Below the pieces are notes generated by a model that was not told the origin of the DNA, made no database searches, and saw only the letters and a list, made by a program, of their open reading frames with translations. Positions 47,588 to 58,525 of a DNA stretch of 64,000 nt are shown one piece after another (positions within the stretch are counted from its first letter, which is position 1; each line of letters starts with the position of its first letter). Position numbers and translations under genes: made by a program. Source of the stretch: an uncultured Alphaproteobacteria bacterium (GTDB taxonomy: Bacteria > Pseudomonadota > Alphaproteobacteria > RF32 > CAG-239); the NCBI GenBank assembly GCA_944392275.1, contig CALXWA010000002.1:60664-124663 (forward strand). Direction: 5' to 3'.

Positions 47588-47718
47588 TTTTTTGCTCTGA
47601 TTCTTTATATTGATTAAAAAGCTATTCTGTATTTAGGTTTTTTTAGCAGAAAATGCAAGCAATTAATTGAAATTTTTGAAAAATCTCTTGTACGTTTTCT
47701 TTAATTTTTTTGCAAACG

Positions 47719-47748
47719 AAAAGCTCCTACATCTCTGTAGGAGCTTTT
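47719..47748 (-). terminator. Terminator hairpin between dnaK and dnaJ
   Basis: AAAAGCTCCTAC-atctct-GTAGGAGCTTTT. Confidence 0.75.
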
Positions 47749-47766
47749 GTTATTTGTTGCTGTTTG

Positions 47767-49683
47767 TTATTTAACTTCTTCAAAATCAGCATCAACGACT
47801 TTCTCATCGTTACCCGTTGAGCCAGACGTTCCCGTATCTGCTCCTTGGGTTTGGGCACCATTTGCAGCAGAAGCATCGGCTTGTGCTTTATACATGGCCT
47901 CGCCTAATTTCAAAGAGGCTTGCATTAAGCTTTCAGTCTTTTCTTTGATCACAGACAAGTCATCGGCTTCCAGAGCGGTCTTGAGGGCTTTAATTTCATC
48001 TTCAATCTTGCTCTTTTCTGCTGCAGAAATTTTATCCCCGTGCTCTTTCAACGTTTTTTCCGTACTGTGAACTAAAGCTTCGGCTTGGTTCTTAGCTTCT
48101 ACGGTTTCTTTCTTTTTCTTATCGGCTTCCGCATTGGCTTCCGCATCTTTTACCATTTTTTCAATATCGGCATCTGACAAACCACCGCTGGCTTGAATAC
48201 GAATAGCCTGCTCTTTATTGGTAGCCTTATCTTTTGCAGAAACATTGACAATACCGTTGGCATCAATATCAAATGTAACTTCAATTTGCGGCATACCACG
48301 CGGTGCTGGCGGAATACCTACCAAGTCAAACTGGCCTAACAATTTGTTGTCGGCGGCCATCTCACGTTCTCCTTGGAAGACTCTGATGGTCACTGCGGTT
48401 TGTCCGTCTTCTGCTGTTGAGAAGACTTGTGATTTACGTGTCGGAATCGTTGTGTTACGATCAATCAAACGTGTAAAGACACCACCCAATGTTTCAATAC
48501 CTAAAGACAACGGCGTTACATCCAAAAGCAAAACGTCTTTAACATCGCCCATCAAAACGCCGCCTTGAATAGCCGCACCAACGGCAACAACTTCATCCGG
48601 GTTTACACCTTTATGCGGCTCTTTGCCGAAGATTTCTTTAACTTTTTCTTGTACTTTCGGCATACGGGTCATACCACCGACCAGAATAACTTCACTGATG
48701 TCAGACGGTTTAACGCCGGCATCGGCCATGGCTTTTTTACAAGGTTCAACCGTTTTTTCAATCAAGTCATCAACCAAGGATTCTAATTTGGCTCTTGTTA
48801 ATTTAATATTGAGGTGTTTCGGTCCTGTAGCATCGGCTGTAATAAACGGCAAATTAATTTCTGTTTGAGCGGTTGAAGACAACTCAATCTTAGCTTTTTC
48901 AGCGGCTTCTTTCAAGCGTTGCAATGCCAGACGGTCATTTTTCAGATCAATACCCGTTTCTTTCTTAAATTCATCCGTTAAATAGGTTACCAAGCGTTGG
49001 TCAAAGTCCTCGCCACCAAGGAATGTATCCCCGTTGGTCGATTTTACTTCAAAAACGCCATCCCCGATTTCCAAAATAGAAATATCAAACGTACCACCAC
49101 CAAGGTCATAGACGGCGATTGTTCCGTTGGCTTTTTTATCCAACCCGTAAGCTAAGGCTGCCGCTGTCGGTTCATTGATTATACGCAAAACTTCCAAACC
49201 GGCAATCTTACCGGCATCTTTTGTTGCCTGACGTTGTGAATCGTTAAAATATGCCGGAACCGTAATAACGGCCTTTTCAACCTTTTCACCTAAATAGCTT
49301 TCGGCATATTCTTTAATCTTTTGCAATACAATTGCCGAAATCTGAGACGGAGCATATTTTTGGCCTTTAACCTCTACCCAGGCATCGCCATTGTCCCCTT
49401 CAATAATCTTGAACGGAACCAAAGCTTTATCTTTTGCAACTTCCGGAGAATCAAAACGACGACCGATTAAACGTTTAATTGCAAAAAGGGTGTTTTCCGG
49501 ATTGGTAACGGCTTGGCGTTTTGCCGGAAAACCGACTAATCTTTCCGTATCCGTAAACGCAACCATTGACGGAGTAGTTCTTGCACCTTCCGAATTTTCT
49601 AGGACTTTGGCCTCTCCGCCTTCCATAACGGCAAAGCAGGAGTTTGTTGTACCAAGGTCAATACCAATTACTTTATTGCTCAT
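47767..49683 (-). CDS. dnaK: Chaperone DnaK
   Basis: [33 protein letters not shown]. Confidence 0.98.
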   Translation of the reverse strand: MSNKVIGIDLGTTNSCFAVMEGGEAKVLENSEGARTTPSMVAFTDTERLVGFPAKRQAVTNPENTLFAIKRLIGRRFDSPEVAKDKALVPFKIIEGDNGDAWVEVKGQKYAPSQISAIVLQKIKEYAESYLGEKVEKAVITVPAYFNDSQRQATKDAGKIAGLEVLRIINEPTAAALAYGLDKKANGTIAVYDLGGGTFDISILEIGDGVFEVKSTNGDTFLGGEDFDQRLVTYLTDEFKKETGIDLKNDRLALQRLKEAAEKAKIELSSTAQTEINLPFITADATGPKHLNIKLTRAKLESLVDDLIEKTVEPCKKAMADAGVKPSDISEVILVGGMTRMPKVQEKVKEIFGKEPHKGVNPDEVVAVGAAIQGGVLMGDVKDVLLLDVTPLSLGIETLGGVFTRLIDRNTTIPTRKSQVFSTAEDGQTAVTIRVFQGEREMAADNKLLGQFDLVGIPPAPRGMPQIEVTFDIDANGIVNVSAKDKATNKEQAIRIQASGGLSDADIEKMVKDAEANAEADKKKKETVEAKNQAEALVHSTEKTLKEHGDKISAAEKSKIEDEIKALKTALEADDLSVIKEKTESLMQASLKLGEAMYKAQADASAANGAQTQGADTGTSGSTGNDEKVVDADFEEVK

Positions 49684-49735
49684 GATTTTCTTTCCTTATC
49701 TAAAAAACGATACGTTTATTTGTTTTCTAGTTCTT

Positions 49736-49765
49736 TATATAGGGAGAGCTTTTTCATGATGCAAG
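49736..49765 (-). promoter_or_regulatory. RpoH (sigma32)-type promoter of dnaK
   Basis: Minus strand CTTGcatcatgaaaaagctctcCCTATATA, the alphaproteobacterial CTTG-N17/18-CCTATAT pattern. Confidence 0.75.
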
Positions 49766-49801
49766 TCTTTATAAAAATTTTTCTAATTTTTTTATTTCTT
49801 T

Positions 49802-51298
49802 TTAATAGCTTGATTTATTTGTAATTTCATATCCCATATTGCCATCAACGGCAGAATTGGCAAAAGCAAAATCTTCTGAGTTTGCAGAATAGATGCGATA
49901 CAGCGTTTCCCCTTGTTCTACATAGTCTCCGACTTTTTTGAACAAATCCAATCCCGCACCATGGTATTGTGTTGCTCCGGCCAATACGCCGATTTTGTTA
50001 ATCCGCTGATTATTTATACTTTCAACAATTCCGGAAATCGGGGATATTATATCTCTGGTCAGGCTCCCTAATTGAGGCTGAGAAGATTTTCCTTGGGCAT
50101 AAATGATTTTGTTCATGGTTTCTAAAGCACGACCGGAAACTAGAAGCTCTTTTGCAACATGATACCCCTGTCCGCCTCTTAATTTAGGATCAAATTCAAG
50201 TATTCTTCCGGCTAAGAATAATGATTTTTCCAATAAATCTTGCGGAGCATCTTCTTTATTACGTAAAACTTTCATAACGTCTCTGGCCTCAAGCACCGCT
50301 CCGACCCCATTACCAATCGGCTCGCTGCCATCGGTTATTACCGCGTCAATTTCCATCGAAAGCATGTCTCCGACGTATTCCGCTAATTTACGAATCCGCA
50401 TTGCTTCCGTGGTTGATTTTACTCGTGAATTTGGGCCAACCGGAATATCTAAAACCAAATGTGTTACTCCGGCCGCTAATTTAATGGCTAAGATTGAGGA
50501 TACCAACTGCTGGTGATCGGTCAAACCTAAATACCGTTCAACGGATGATATGATTTTATTTGCCTCGGCTATCGGTAACGTATCATAATTGGCAATAACC
50601 CCCCGACACTCGTTTAAAACCGAGCGAAACTTACTTTCATCCAAGTCAACATTTGCCAAAACTGAAAAAGTATCGGCAACCCCCGCACAAGACGTCAAAG
50701 ACCTTGATGATGTTTTGGGGATGGGCAAACCATAAGCCGCAACAATTGCCGTAATGATGATGTCGGTTTTATTGCCTGGAACGCCGCCAAGGCAATGATG
50801 ATCCACAACAATATTTTCTTTGTCCCATGAAAAGGTATAGTTTCCGATTAAGGCTTCCGTCAGTGACAAAACCTCCGGAGCCGTCATAAAAGACCCTGAT
50901 GAAACCAAAAACGAAGCGATATCCATGTTGGAATAGCGACGGGAGGCAATATCATTGATAATGGCATTATATTCTCCTCCATTCAAAATATTACCGGCAA
51001 TCTTGCGACGAACCGAAGACAAACTTGCCGGTGGCGGAGATATTGCCAGAGAGACATTTGCTCCCTGAGGAAGGTCTATTTGCTCAAAAGCTTCATTATT
51101 TAAGGCCAATTCATTCGGTTTAACCAGACTGCTATCATCCGTTATTTGTAAAAAAGCATAAATTGGCTTAACGCCGCCGTGAATTTCTACCTTGGTCAGC
51201 ATTTTAATTTCATCAACATTATAGGCCGTGCATTTGCGATGAATATAAGCCAAATTTTCGTTAAAGGAATTAATCGCTAAATGTTTTAAACTGAGCAT
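49802..51298 (-). CDS. Thymidine phosphorylase family protein, AMP-phosphorylase-like long form
   Basis: N-terminal extension, DHHCLGGVPGNKT, PKTSSRSLTS.AG.AD, TDGSEPIG.GVG..LEARD. Confidence 0.85.
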   Translation of the reverse strand: MLSLKHLAINSFNENLAYIHRKCTAYNVDEIKMLTKVEIHGGVKPIYAFLQITDDSSLVKPNELALNNEAFEQIDLPQGANVSLAISPPPASLSSVRRKIAGNILNGGEYNAIINDIASRRYSNMDIASFLVSSGSFMTAPEVLSLTEALIGNYTFSWDKENIVVDHHCLGGVPGNKTDIIITAIVAAYGLPIPKTSSRSLTSCAGVADTFSVLANVDLDESKFRSVLNECRGVIANYDTLPIAEANKIISSVERYLGLTDHQQLVSSILAIKLAAGVTHLVLDIPVGPNSRVKSTTEAMRIRKLAEYVGDMLSMEIDAVITDGSEPIGNGVGAVLEARDVMKVLRNKEDAPQDLLEKSLFLAGRILEFDPKLRGGQGYHVAKELLVSGRALETMNKIIYAQGKSSQPQLGSLTRDIISPISGIVESINNQRINKIGVLAGATQYHGAGLDLFKKVGDYVEQGETLYRIYSANSEDFAFANSAVDGNMGYEITNKSSY

Positions 51299-51387
51299 GG
51301 AGCCTACCTTTCCGTTCTTTTGTTTTATTATGGCACTCCATAAGTTTAATATTCGTTAAAAAAAGCCCTCATGTGAGGGCTTTGATT

Positions 51388-52269
51388 TTATCTGTTTTCT
51401 AACAACTGTGTGTTCAACTGCGGTTTTTTATGTGTTAAGATACTGATTACTTTTATCAGTTCATTTTTCATTTCCGGTCGACGAACAACAATATCGACCA
51501 TTCCGTGTTCTTTAAGATATTCGGCACGTTGGAAACCTTCCGGAAGTTTTTCACGGATGGTTTGCTCTATCACACGGGCCCCTGCAAAACCAATCACACA
51601 TCCCTTTTCGGCAATATGGATATCCCCCAACATGGCAAAAGATGCGGAAACACCGCCTGTGGTCGGATCCGTTAAAATTGAAATGAACGGCAATCCTTTT
51701 TCTTTTACCATATTAACGGCAGCAGTTGTTCTTGCCATTTGCATTAACGATAAAATACCTTCTTGCATTCTTGCTCCGCCGGAAGCCGCAATCGTAATAA
51801 AAGGATATCCGCCTCTTATGGCGATTTCTGCTCCCTTTACAATCCCTTCTCCGACGGCTGTTCCCATAGAACCACCCATAAATGAGAAATCTATTGCGGC
51901 AATCACACAGGTTATTCCTCCGATTTCTCCTTGAGCTACGCGAATCGCATCATCGTTTCCGGTTGCTTTGCGATAAGCACGCAAGCGATCCGTATATTTT
52001 TTAGAATCGCGAAAGTTTAGCGGATCTTCCTTTAATTTTGGCAACGTTACCAAATGGTAATTTCCATTGTCAAACAGCATTTCAAAACGTTTTAACACCG
52101 GTAAACGCAAATGGTGATCACAATGGGTGCAGATATAATTGTTCTTTTCCAACTCTTTGGTAAAGAGCATTTGACCACATTCCGGACACTTGGTCCATAG
52201 ATTGTCTGCAATCTCTTTTGTTGTAATCTTTTTTATTTTCGGACGAACAAAGTCGGATAACCAATTCAT
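51388..52269 (-). CDS. accD: Acetyl-CoA carboxylase carboxyltransferase beta subunit
   Basis: LWTKCPEC Zn finger, FMGGSMG, SGGARMQEG, PTTGGVSAS. Confidence 0.96.
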   Translation of the reverse strand: MNWLSDFVRPKIKKITTKEIADNLWTKCPECGQMLFTKELEKNNYICTHCDHHLRLPVLKRFEMLFDNGNYHLVTLPKLKEDPLNFRDSKKYTDRLRAYRKATGNDDAIRVAQGEIGGITCVIAAIDFSFMGGSMGTAVGEGIVKGAEIAIRGGYPFITIAASGGARMQEGILSLMQMARTTAAVNMVKEKGLPFISILTDPTTGGVSASFAMLGDIHIAEKGCVIGFAGARVIEQTIREKLPEGFQRAEYLKEHGMVDIVVRRPEMKNELIKVISILTHKKPQLNTQLLENR

Positions 52270-52285
52270 TATTTTTTACCTTATT

Positions 52286-52702
52286 TTATAGAGAAAAATT
52301 TTCTTCTTGATTGCTTTCTTCTTTCTTACGTTTAAAGAGATTTTTTAAGCGACTTCCCATACTCGGCTTAATCGGTTTAGGCTCATATTCTTTAAGAACC
52401 TTGATGTTTTCTTGTAAACTTCCAACCTCTTTAACCAGCTTTTCTTGTTCTTTGGAAAGTTTTTTCACTTCTTTTTTCTGGTTTCTCAAGGCTTTGCGTA
52501 ACGGCATATAAGACAGCCAGGAAAAAAAGCTCCCCAAAAAGAATCCTACCAACAAGAAGAAAACGATTGCTACGCTGAGCGACACGGTAATCTCAATATA
52601 AAAAGGCCAAAGGTTAAATGTTGCCAAGTCGTTATTTACAAAAGCAAAAACTAAAATAACGATTAACAACGGCAAACCGATCAGCATTTTTATGAAACCC
52701 AT
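52286..52702 (-). CDS. lapA: LapA family membrane protein
   Basis: Two TM helices with FAFVN, then coiled coil; follows ihfB. Confidence 0.7.
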   Translation of the reverse strand: MGFIKMLIGLPLLIVILVFAFVNNDLATFNLWPFYIEITVSLSVAIVFFLLVGFFLGSFFSWLSYMPLRKALRNQKKEVKKLSKEQEKLVKEVGSLQENIKVLKEYEPKPIKPSMGSRLKNLFKRKKEESNQEENFSL

Positions 52703-52721
52703 GTGTTTGCTCCTTTATTGC

Positions 52722-53003
52722 TTATTTTTTATTTAACAACTCAAACAGTTGTTTCCCGGTTTTGAAATGGGGAATGTTGCGTTCATTTACTTTTACTTGT
52801 TCCCCCGTACGAGGATTTTTGGCAACACGGGGTGTCCGTGTCCGTACGGAAAAAGTTCCAAAGCCTCTAAACTCAACTCTGTCTCCTTGGGCTAAGGAAG
52901 ATGTTATTTTATCCAAAATTACGGAGACTATTCTCTCAACATCTTTAACCATTAGATGCGGGTTCTTCCCGGCTATTTTTTCTATTAATTCTGATTTAGT
53001 CAC
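52722..53003 (-). CDS. ihfB: Integration host factor beta subunit
   Basis: GTG start (MTKSELI) after GAGG; RVEFRGFGTF, NPRTGE, PHFKTGK. Confidence 0.92.
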   Translation of the reverse strand: MTKSELIEKIAGKNPHLMVKDVERIVSVILDKITSSLAQGDRVEFRGFGTFSVRTRTPRVAKNPRTGEQVKVNERNIPHFKTGKQLFELLNKK

Positions 53004-53111
53004 TTTGCTACCTCTTTTCTTATTTTCTATTAAATTATAATTTATTATCTTATTTATCAATACTGCAATTCAAAAAAAAGCTAAAATTTATTCTTTACTT
53101 ATCCCAAAAAT

Positions 53112-54257
53112 TTAACCATCGTTTGCCAAGCGTGCAACCTCAACTTGCGGAATGCTTTCGCCCAATTCAATTTCCTCTATTTTTTGAATCCGGCGCCCAA
53201 TCTTTGTAGAAGATATTTTGATATTGTCAATATCTTCGTTAGCTTGTTTAAAATGTTTGCTCAAACTTTCTATGCGGCCGTCCAAACGAGAAATATCTTC
53301 AATCAATACTCCGACTTCTTTTTGGATTACTCCGGCTTGTTCTCTCATCTTGGCATCTTTTAACACTGCACGGACCGTATTTAAGGTTGCCATAAGCGTT
53401 GTAGGAGAGACAATCCACACCTTGGAACGATACGAGACTTCAACAACATCGGTAAAGTTTGCATGAAGTTCCGCATAAATTGCCTCACTTGGCAAAAACA
53501 TCAGGGCTGATTCTGCCGTTTCTCCCGGAATGATGTATTTTTCCGCAATGTCTTTAATATGTTTTAAAACCGAGGCCCTGAAAAACCGTTCCGCCTCTTT
53601 TTTTTCATAATCCGTTGATGCTTGCCGCAAGGCCTGATAACTTTCTAACGGAAACTTGGCATCAATAACGATTGTACCCGGAGGATTAGGCAGATTGAGA
53701 ACGCAATCGGCTCTTTTGGTATTGGAAAGAACCACCTGAAAAGAATAAGCATTGGGTGGTAGAATCGATGTAACCAAATCGTTTAACTGTATTTCCCCGA
53801 AAGCTCCTCGTGCTTGTTTATTGGTCAAGACCTCTTGCAAAGAAACGACTTGCTCCGATAAAGAAGATATTTTTTGTTGTGCCACGTCAATTTTGGCCAG
53901 ACGTTCTCTTAAATCGGTTAATGTTTCTGCCGTTTTTACGGTATTTTGCTGCAGACCTTCTCCCACACTTTTGGTTACGGCCAGCAACTTTTCATCCATA
54001 ATTTTTAGCAAGGCTAATTTTTGCTCGCTAATTGCCTGCGAGATTTTTCCTTGCTCTAACGACTGTTGTTCACCAAGTTGTTTCAAACGTCCGGATAATT
54101 CTGCCTGCGATTGCAAAAAAGCCGTGCCGATTAGATTGAAATCTTTGTTATTGCGACGAAAGAAAAGGACATACACATTCACAATGACCAGTATTGTAAT
54201 TAATACGGTCAGAATTAGCATGACACTTTCGACATTAACATTATTTAGAATCTGCAA
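53112..54257 (-). CDS. rmuC: DNA recombination protein RmuC
   Basis: RGAFGEIQL, RADC, IDAKFP, HIKDIAEKY, MFLPSE, VSPTTL. Confidence 0.92.
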   Translation of the reverse strand: MQILNNVNVESVMLILTVLITILVIVNVYVLFFRRNNKDFNLIGTAFLQSQAELSGRLKQLGEQQSLEQGKISQAISEQKLALLKIMDEKLLAVTKSVGEGLQQNTVKTAETLTDLRERLAKIDVAQQKISSLSEQVVSLQEVLTNKQARGAFGEIQLNDLVTSILPPNAYSFQVVLSNTKRADCVLNLPNPPGTIVIDAKFPLESYQALRQASTDYEKKEAERFFRASVLKHIKDIAEKYIIPGETAESALMFLPSEAIYAELHANFTDVVEVSYRSKVWIVSPTTLMATLNTVRAVLKDAKMREQAGVIQKEVGVLIEDISRLDGRIESLSKHFKQANEDIDNIKISSTKIGRRIQKIEEIELGESIPQVEVARLANDG

Positions 54258-55218
54258 AATGACGCCCCATTTTTAAGAATTTTTCGGTACGCCGTTTTTT
54301 TAACTCCTCACCGCTTAAAGGTAAAAGTTCTTTCAGATGCTTGAAAATACTATCCCCTACACGCTCTATAACCGCTTGCGGATTGCGATGTGCTCCCCCT
54401 AAGGGTTCGGCAATAATTTCATCAATCACGCCAAACTTACGCAAATCTTGTGCGGTTAAATGCAGGGCTTCCGTTGCTTCTTTTACCTTATCGGCCGAAC
54501 GCCACAAAATGGAAGCACAGCCCTCCGGAGAAATAACGGAATAGATGGCGTGCTCTAACATCAAAACACGGTTCGCCGTTGCAATGGCTATTGCCCCGCC
54601 GGATCCGCCTTCACCAATCACGACGGACACCATCGGGACTTTAATTTGCAAACACTCTTGAATGGTTGACGCAATTGCTTCTGCTTGGCCGCGGGCCTCT
54701 GCTTCAACACCGGGGAATGCTCCCGAGGTGTCCACAAACGCAATTACCGGCATATTAAATTTATCCGCCAAACGCATTAAACGTTGTGCTTTTCTATAGC
54801 CTTCCGGCTTGGCCATTCCGAAATTGTATTTAACACGAGACTCAATATCATGTCCCTTTTCTTGTCCTAAAACGACAACCGACATATTTTTAAAACGACC
54901 AATACCGCCAATCATGGCTTCATCATCGGCAAAAACCCGATCCCCGCATAATGGCGTGAAATCTTCAATCAACGCATGTACATAGTCTAAGCAATGCGGG
55001 CGTTGCGGGTGTCTGGCTACTTGTGTTTTTTGCCACGGAGTTAAATTGGCATAAGACAATCGGACTTGTTTTTCCAATTTTTGTTGAAGACGCGTGATTT
55101 CTTGGTTAATGTCAACATCTTCACTTTGTGCTAAATATTTTAAGCTTTCGATCCTTGATTCAATTTCAAAAATATTTTTTTCAAAATCCAATACAAAAGT
55201 ATTCGTACTCGTGTTCAT
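54241..55218 (-). CDS. accA: Acetyl-CoA carboxylase carboxyltransferase alpha subunit
   Basis: LDFE, ARHPQRP, FGMAKPEGYRKA, GEGGSGGA, SVISPEGCA. Confidence 0.96.
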   Translation of the reverse strand: MNTSTNTFVLDFEKNIFEIESRIESLKYLAQSEDVDINQEITRLQQKLEKQVRLSYANLTPWQKTQVARHPQRPHCLDYVHALIEDFTPLCGDRVFADDEAMIGGIGRFKNMSVVVLGQEKGHDIESRVKYNFGMAKPEGYRKAQRLMRLADKFNMPVIAFVDTSGAFPGVEAEARGQAEAIASTIQECLQIKVPMVSVVIGEGGSGGAIAIATANRVLMLEHAIYSVISPEGCASILWRSADKVKEATEALHLTAQDLRKFGVIDEIIAEPLGGAHRNPQAVIERVGDSIFKHLKELLPLSGEELKKRRTEKFLKMGRHFADSK

Positions 55219-55388
55219 AGATTTTTCTCTTTCCTTATATTTGCTAATTTTTGCCTACTCATAACATATTTTTTTTCAAATTTCGACTCTTATTTTACGC
55301 TTTTGTGCAATAAGTGGCATTTTTTGATTGGAAAAATCTTTAATATCTAATAGTATGAGAAAGTAATTTAAACACTAAGGAGGGCAAC

Positions 55389-56720
55389 TTGCTGGCTTTT
55401 TGTTTTTTTTCTTTAGTCTTTTCTTCTTTGCTCTGGCTGATTTTTTCCGTCCGATATGTTTTTGAGTCTTTGCACGGTCTGCCTTTTTTTGATGCCGGCG
55501 TCGTTAGTATTATCTCTTATGTTGTTATTGTTTGTTTGCCTATCTTTTTAATCTGGTTGATTTTTAGCTTTATCAGTCAATATCTTAACGGGAAAGCCGT
55601 TAACCTGCGTTTGCAAAAACTTTTTGAGCAAGTAAAACGCAATCAAGAATATTCGGATTTGCTGTCGCGGGTGTTGATTGAAGCCGAACAACAAATCAAA
55701 GACGGCTTTATGCTGAATAAATTTGATTTGCTGCTTGCCGACATGAATGAGCTTTTGGCTGAAATTATTCGTTGTTGTAATATTGCCTCTGCCGAACAGA
55801 TCGAACACTTATGGAATAAGGTCCAAAATGGCGGGAAGTGGTCTTTTGGGAAAGTTATCGTCGAAGTTAACGGGGCTCAACCCAATTTCCAAAAAAGGGT
55901 TTATGACAAAGCGTGTAAAGACCTTATGTTGGCCGGAACTTTAATGGAGTTTTGTGCACGCTACCAAGCCACGGTCAGCATGCTTGAAAAACATGATAAA
56001 GAAAAAGTTTTCCTTAATATTATTGAAGCCGGAATTATGGGTAAAGTTTTTTCTATTTTTGCTCCGGTTGCCGATGGGCTTCGAAGGAATCGAGAGGCTT
56101 CTGAAATCCTTCGCGAAAATACCCCTTCTTTCCAAGAAGAGGCTCCGTCTTTTGCTCCAAATCCTTCTTCTAAAAATTATACGAATCAGCGTCTTAGAGC
56201 AACGGCTCGCCGTGATACAAAAGCGGAAGAAGATAATGAGCCTTTGCTTAGTAAACTCAACTTGTTTAAAAAGAAAAAAGAAACTCCGGCCATGCGGGAA
56301 CGGGATCCTTTTTCAATTGCCTTAGAAAAGAGTTTTGGCTCTTCAACCCAGGAAGAGGTCGATGACAATGAAAGAGAATCTTTTTTCCGGGAAGAAAATT
56401 TTCAGGAATTGAGAGCTCCGTCTGAATTTGACGAGACAATTGAGCCCGACAAAACGCCTCATTTTGACAATGACTTTCAAGAACATGATGAGGATGTTCC
56501 TCAAGCTCCCAAAATTGAGGCTCCAAAACTGGAAACCGTTTCCATTACGCAAAAGAAATTAGACAGCTTGCGTAAAGAGTGGGAAGAGTTAAGAGCAACG
56601 GATCCGCAAATGTCTTCTTTGCCTGAGGATAAAGAATCCAAAAAAACAGATGAAACTGAGGAAGAACTCAACGTTGCTTATCCTTTTGGTAGTTGGGTTG
56701 ATGAAAACAATTATAAATAA
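55389..56720 (+). CDS. Hypothetical inner-membrane protein with acidic low-complexity tail
   Basis: Two N-terminal TM helices, helical core, Glu/Pro-rich C-terminus; AGGAGG before TTG. Confidence 0.7.
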   Translation: MLAFCFFSLVFSSLLWLIFSVRYVFESLHGLPFFDAGVVSIISYVVIVCLPIFLIWLIFSFISQYLNGKAVNLRLQKLFEQVKRNQEYSDLLSRVLIEAEQQIKDGFMLNKFDLLLADMNELLAEIIRCCNIASAEQIEHLWNKVQNGGKWSFGKVIVEVNGAQPNFQKRVYDKACKDLMLAGTLMEFCARYQATVSMLEKHDKEKVFLNIIEAGIMGKVFSIFAPVADGLRRNREASEILRENTPSFQEEAPSFAPNPSSKNYTNQRLRATARRDTKAEEDNEPLLSKLNLFKKKKETPAMRERDPFSIALEKSFGSSTQEEVDDNERESFFREENFQELRAPSEFDETIEPDKTPHFDNDFQEHDEDVPQAPKIEAPKLETVSITQKKLDSLRKEWEELRATDPQMSSLPEDKESKKTDETEEELNVAYPFGSWVDENNYK

Positions 56721-56731
56721 ACGGAAGACAC

Positions 56732-58525
56732 GTGAAAGTCATTGCTTTTTTTATCTGTTGTTTTTTTTGCTTTCCGGTTTTGGGAGCCAATCTTGTCGTC
56801 TCTGACCATATTGCTCTGTACGGAGAGGCCAAGTACGATACAACCTTTTCTCATTTTGATTATGTTAATCCACAAGCTCCTAAAGGAGGAAAAGTTGTTT
56901 TTCCCGAATATGGAGGCTTTGATAGTTTTAACCCTTATATTTTTAAGGGAATAGCGGCCGGAGAGGTTGCTAATTTGATGTTAGACAGCCTTGGAATTGT
57001 CCCCGTGGATGATCCGTCTACCGTTTATCCGCTACTTGCCAAAAAATTTGAGACCGATGCTCAAAACACAATGGTTGGTTTTATTCTTGATGAAAAAGCT
57101 AAATTTAGCGACGGAACACCTGTTTTGGCCGATGATGTTCTTTTTACCTTTAAGGCTTTGACCGAAAAAGGAGCCCCTATTTATAAGGTCTATTACGGAG
57201 ATGTTGAAAAAGTTGAAAAAATAAACGACCGCCATGTTCGCTTTTATTTTAAAAAGGATAGCCATAACAAAGAACTTCCTTTGATTTTGGCACAAATGAA
57301 AATCTATGCCGCAAAAGATTTTAAAGACTATGATTTTGCCGAACCTTCATTAAGGCCTCCACTTGGCAGCGGCCCTTATATGATGGAAAAATTTGCTCCC
57401 GGAAAATATATTTCCTTCCGACTAAATCCAAATTATTGGGCAAAAGATTTACCAACACGCAAAGGCTTTTTTAATTTTGATCAAGTTCGTTATGATTATT
57501 ATCAGGATACAACCGTTACCTTGCAAGCCTTGTTTTCCGGAAATATTGATGTTCGTGAGGAATATATTGCTAAAATATGGGTTACGGGATACGACAACAA
57601 CAAAGTTAAAAGCGGCGAAATTATTAAAGCGGATTTGCCCCATAGTCAGCCGGCGGTCTTACAATATTTTGGCTTTAATACTCGTCTGGATAAATTTAAG
57701 GATCGGCGGGTCCGCAAAGCCATCGGATTGGCTTTTAATTTTGATTGGGCTAATGAAAAATTATTTTACAACCAATACCGTCGTCTAAACAGCTATTTTA
57801 CCAATACCGGAATGGAGGCTCAAGGTTTGCCGAGCGGTAAAGAACTTGCTCTTTTACAAAAATATAGAAATAACCTTTCTCCTGAAGTGTTTACAAAAGC
57901 ACCGGAGCTCCCCTCTCATAAGACACCACAAGAAACAAGAAACAATCTGAAGGAAGCCGTTAAACTTCTGCAAGAAGCCGGGTATGACTTTGTTAACGGG
58001 AAAATGACGAGGATAAAGGACGGAGAAGTTTTAGAGATTGAAATTTTAAGCAATTCTGCCAATGGATCCTCTTTCACACGGGTTATGCTGCCCTTTATTG
58101 AAAATTTAAGAAAAATTGGGATTAAAGCAACTTTTCGTAATATTGAAACAAATATTTTTAAAAATCGCTTAGATCATTTTGATTTTGAAATTGCCATTTT
58201 AGCGATGGGGGTTAGCTCTTTGCCCGGAAATGAGCAAAAAGAATTATGGAGTTCGGCCTCTGCGGATGTCCGTGGAAGTTATAACTTTATGGGGATTAAA
58301 AATCCTGTTGTTGATGCTTTAATTAGCGGGCTGATTTCTGCCAAAAAGAAAGATGATTTTGCCGCTTATGTCACCGCTTTGGATCGGGTTTTGCTCAGCG
58401 AATATTACATTATTCCTCAGTGGTATGCCCCTTCGAAACGTGTGGCTTTCAATAAACGTCTGGATTATCCTAAAACATCAATAAAAGCCGGTTTTGAGCC
58501 GTTTACTTGGTGGGTGAAGCCATGA
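56732..58525 (+). CDS. yejA: YejA-like peptide ABC transporter substrate-binding protein
   Basis: [42 protein letters not shown]. Confidence 0.88.
   Translation: MKVIAFFICCFFCFPVLGANLVVSDHIALYGEAKYDTTFSHFDYVNPQAPKGGKVVFPEYGGFDSFNPYIFKGIAAGEVANLMLDSLGIVPVDDPSTVYPLLAKKFETDAQNTMVGFILDEKAKFSDGTPVLADDVLFTFKALTEKGAPIYKVYYGDVEKVEKINDRHVRFYFKKDSHNKELPLILAQMKIYAAKDFKDYDFAEPSLRPPLGSGPYMMEKFAPGKYISFRLNPNYWAKDLPTRKGFFNFDQVRYDYYQDTTVTLQALFSGNIDVREEYIAKIWVTGYDNNKVKSGEIIKADLPHSQPAVLQYFGFNTRLDKFKDRRVRKAIGLAFNFDWANEKLFYNQYRRLNSYFTNTGMEAQGLPSGKELALLQKYRNNLSPEVFTKAPELPSHKTPQETRNNLKEAVKLLQEAGYDFVNGKMTRIKDGEVLEIEILSNSANGSSFTRVMLPFIENLRKIGIKATFRNIETNIFKNRLDHFDFEIAILAMGVSSLPGNEQKELWSSASADVRGSYNFMGIKNPVVDALISGLISAKKKDDFAAYVTALDRVLLSEYYIIPQWYAPSKRVAFNKRLDYPKTSIKAGFEPFTWWVKP

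Noticed and set aside
47747-49759. Long antisense ORFs opposite dnaK (similar ones occur opposite macB, accD and rmuC)
   Set aside because: Typical codon-bias shadows of conserved genes, with no independent signals.
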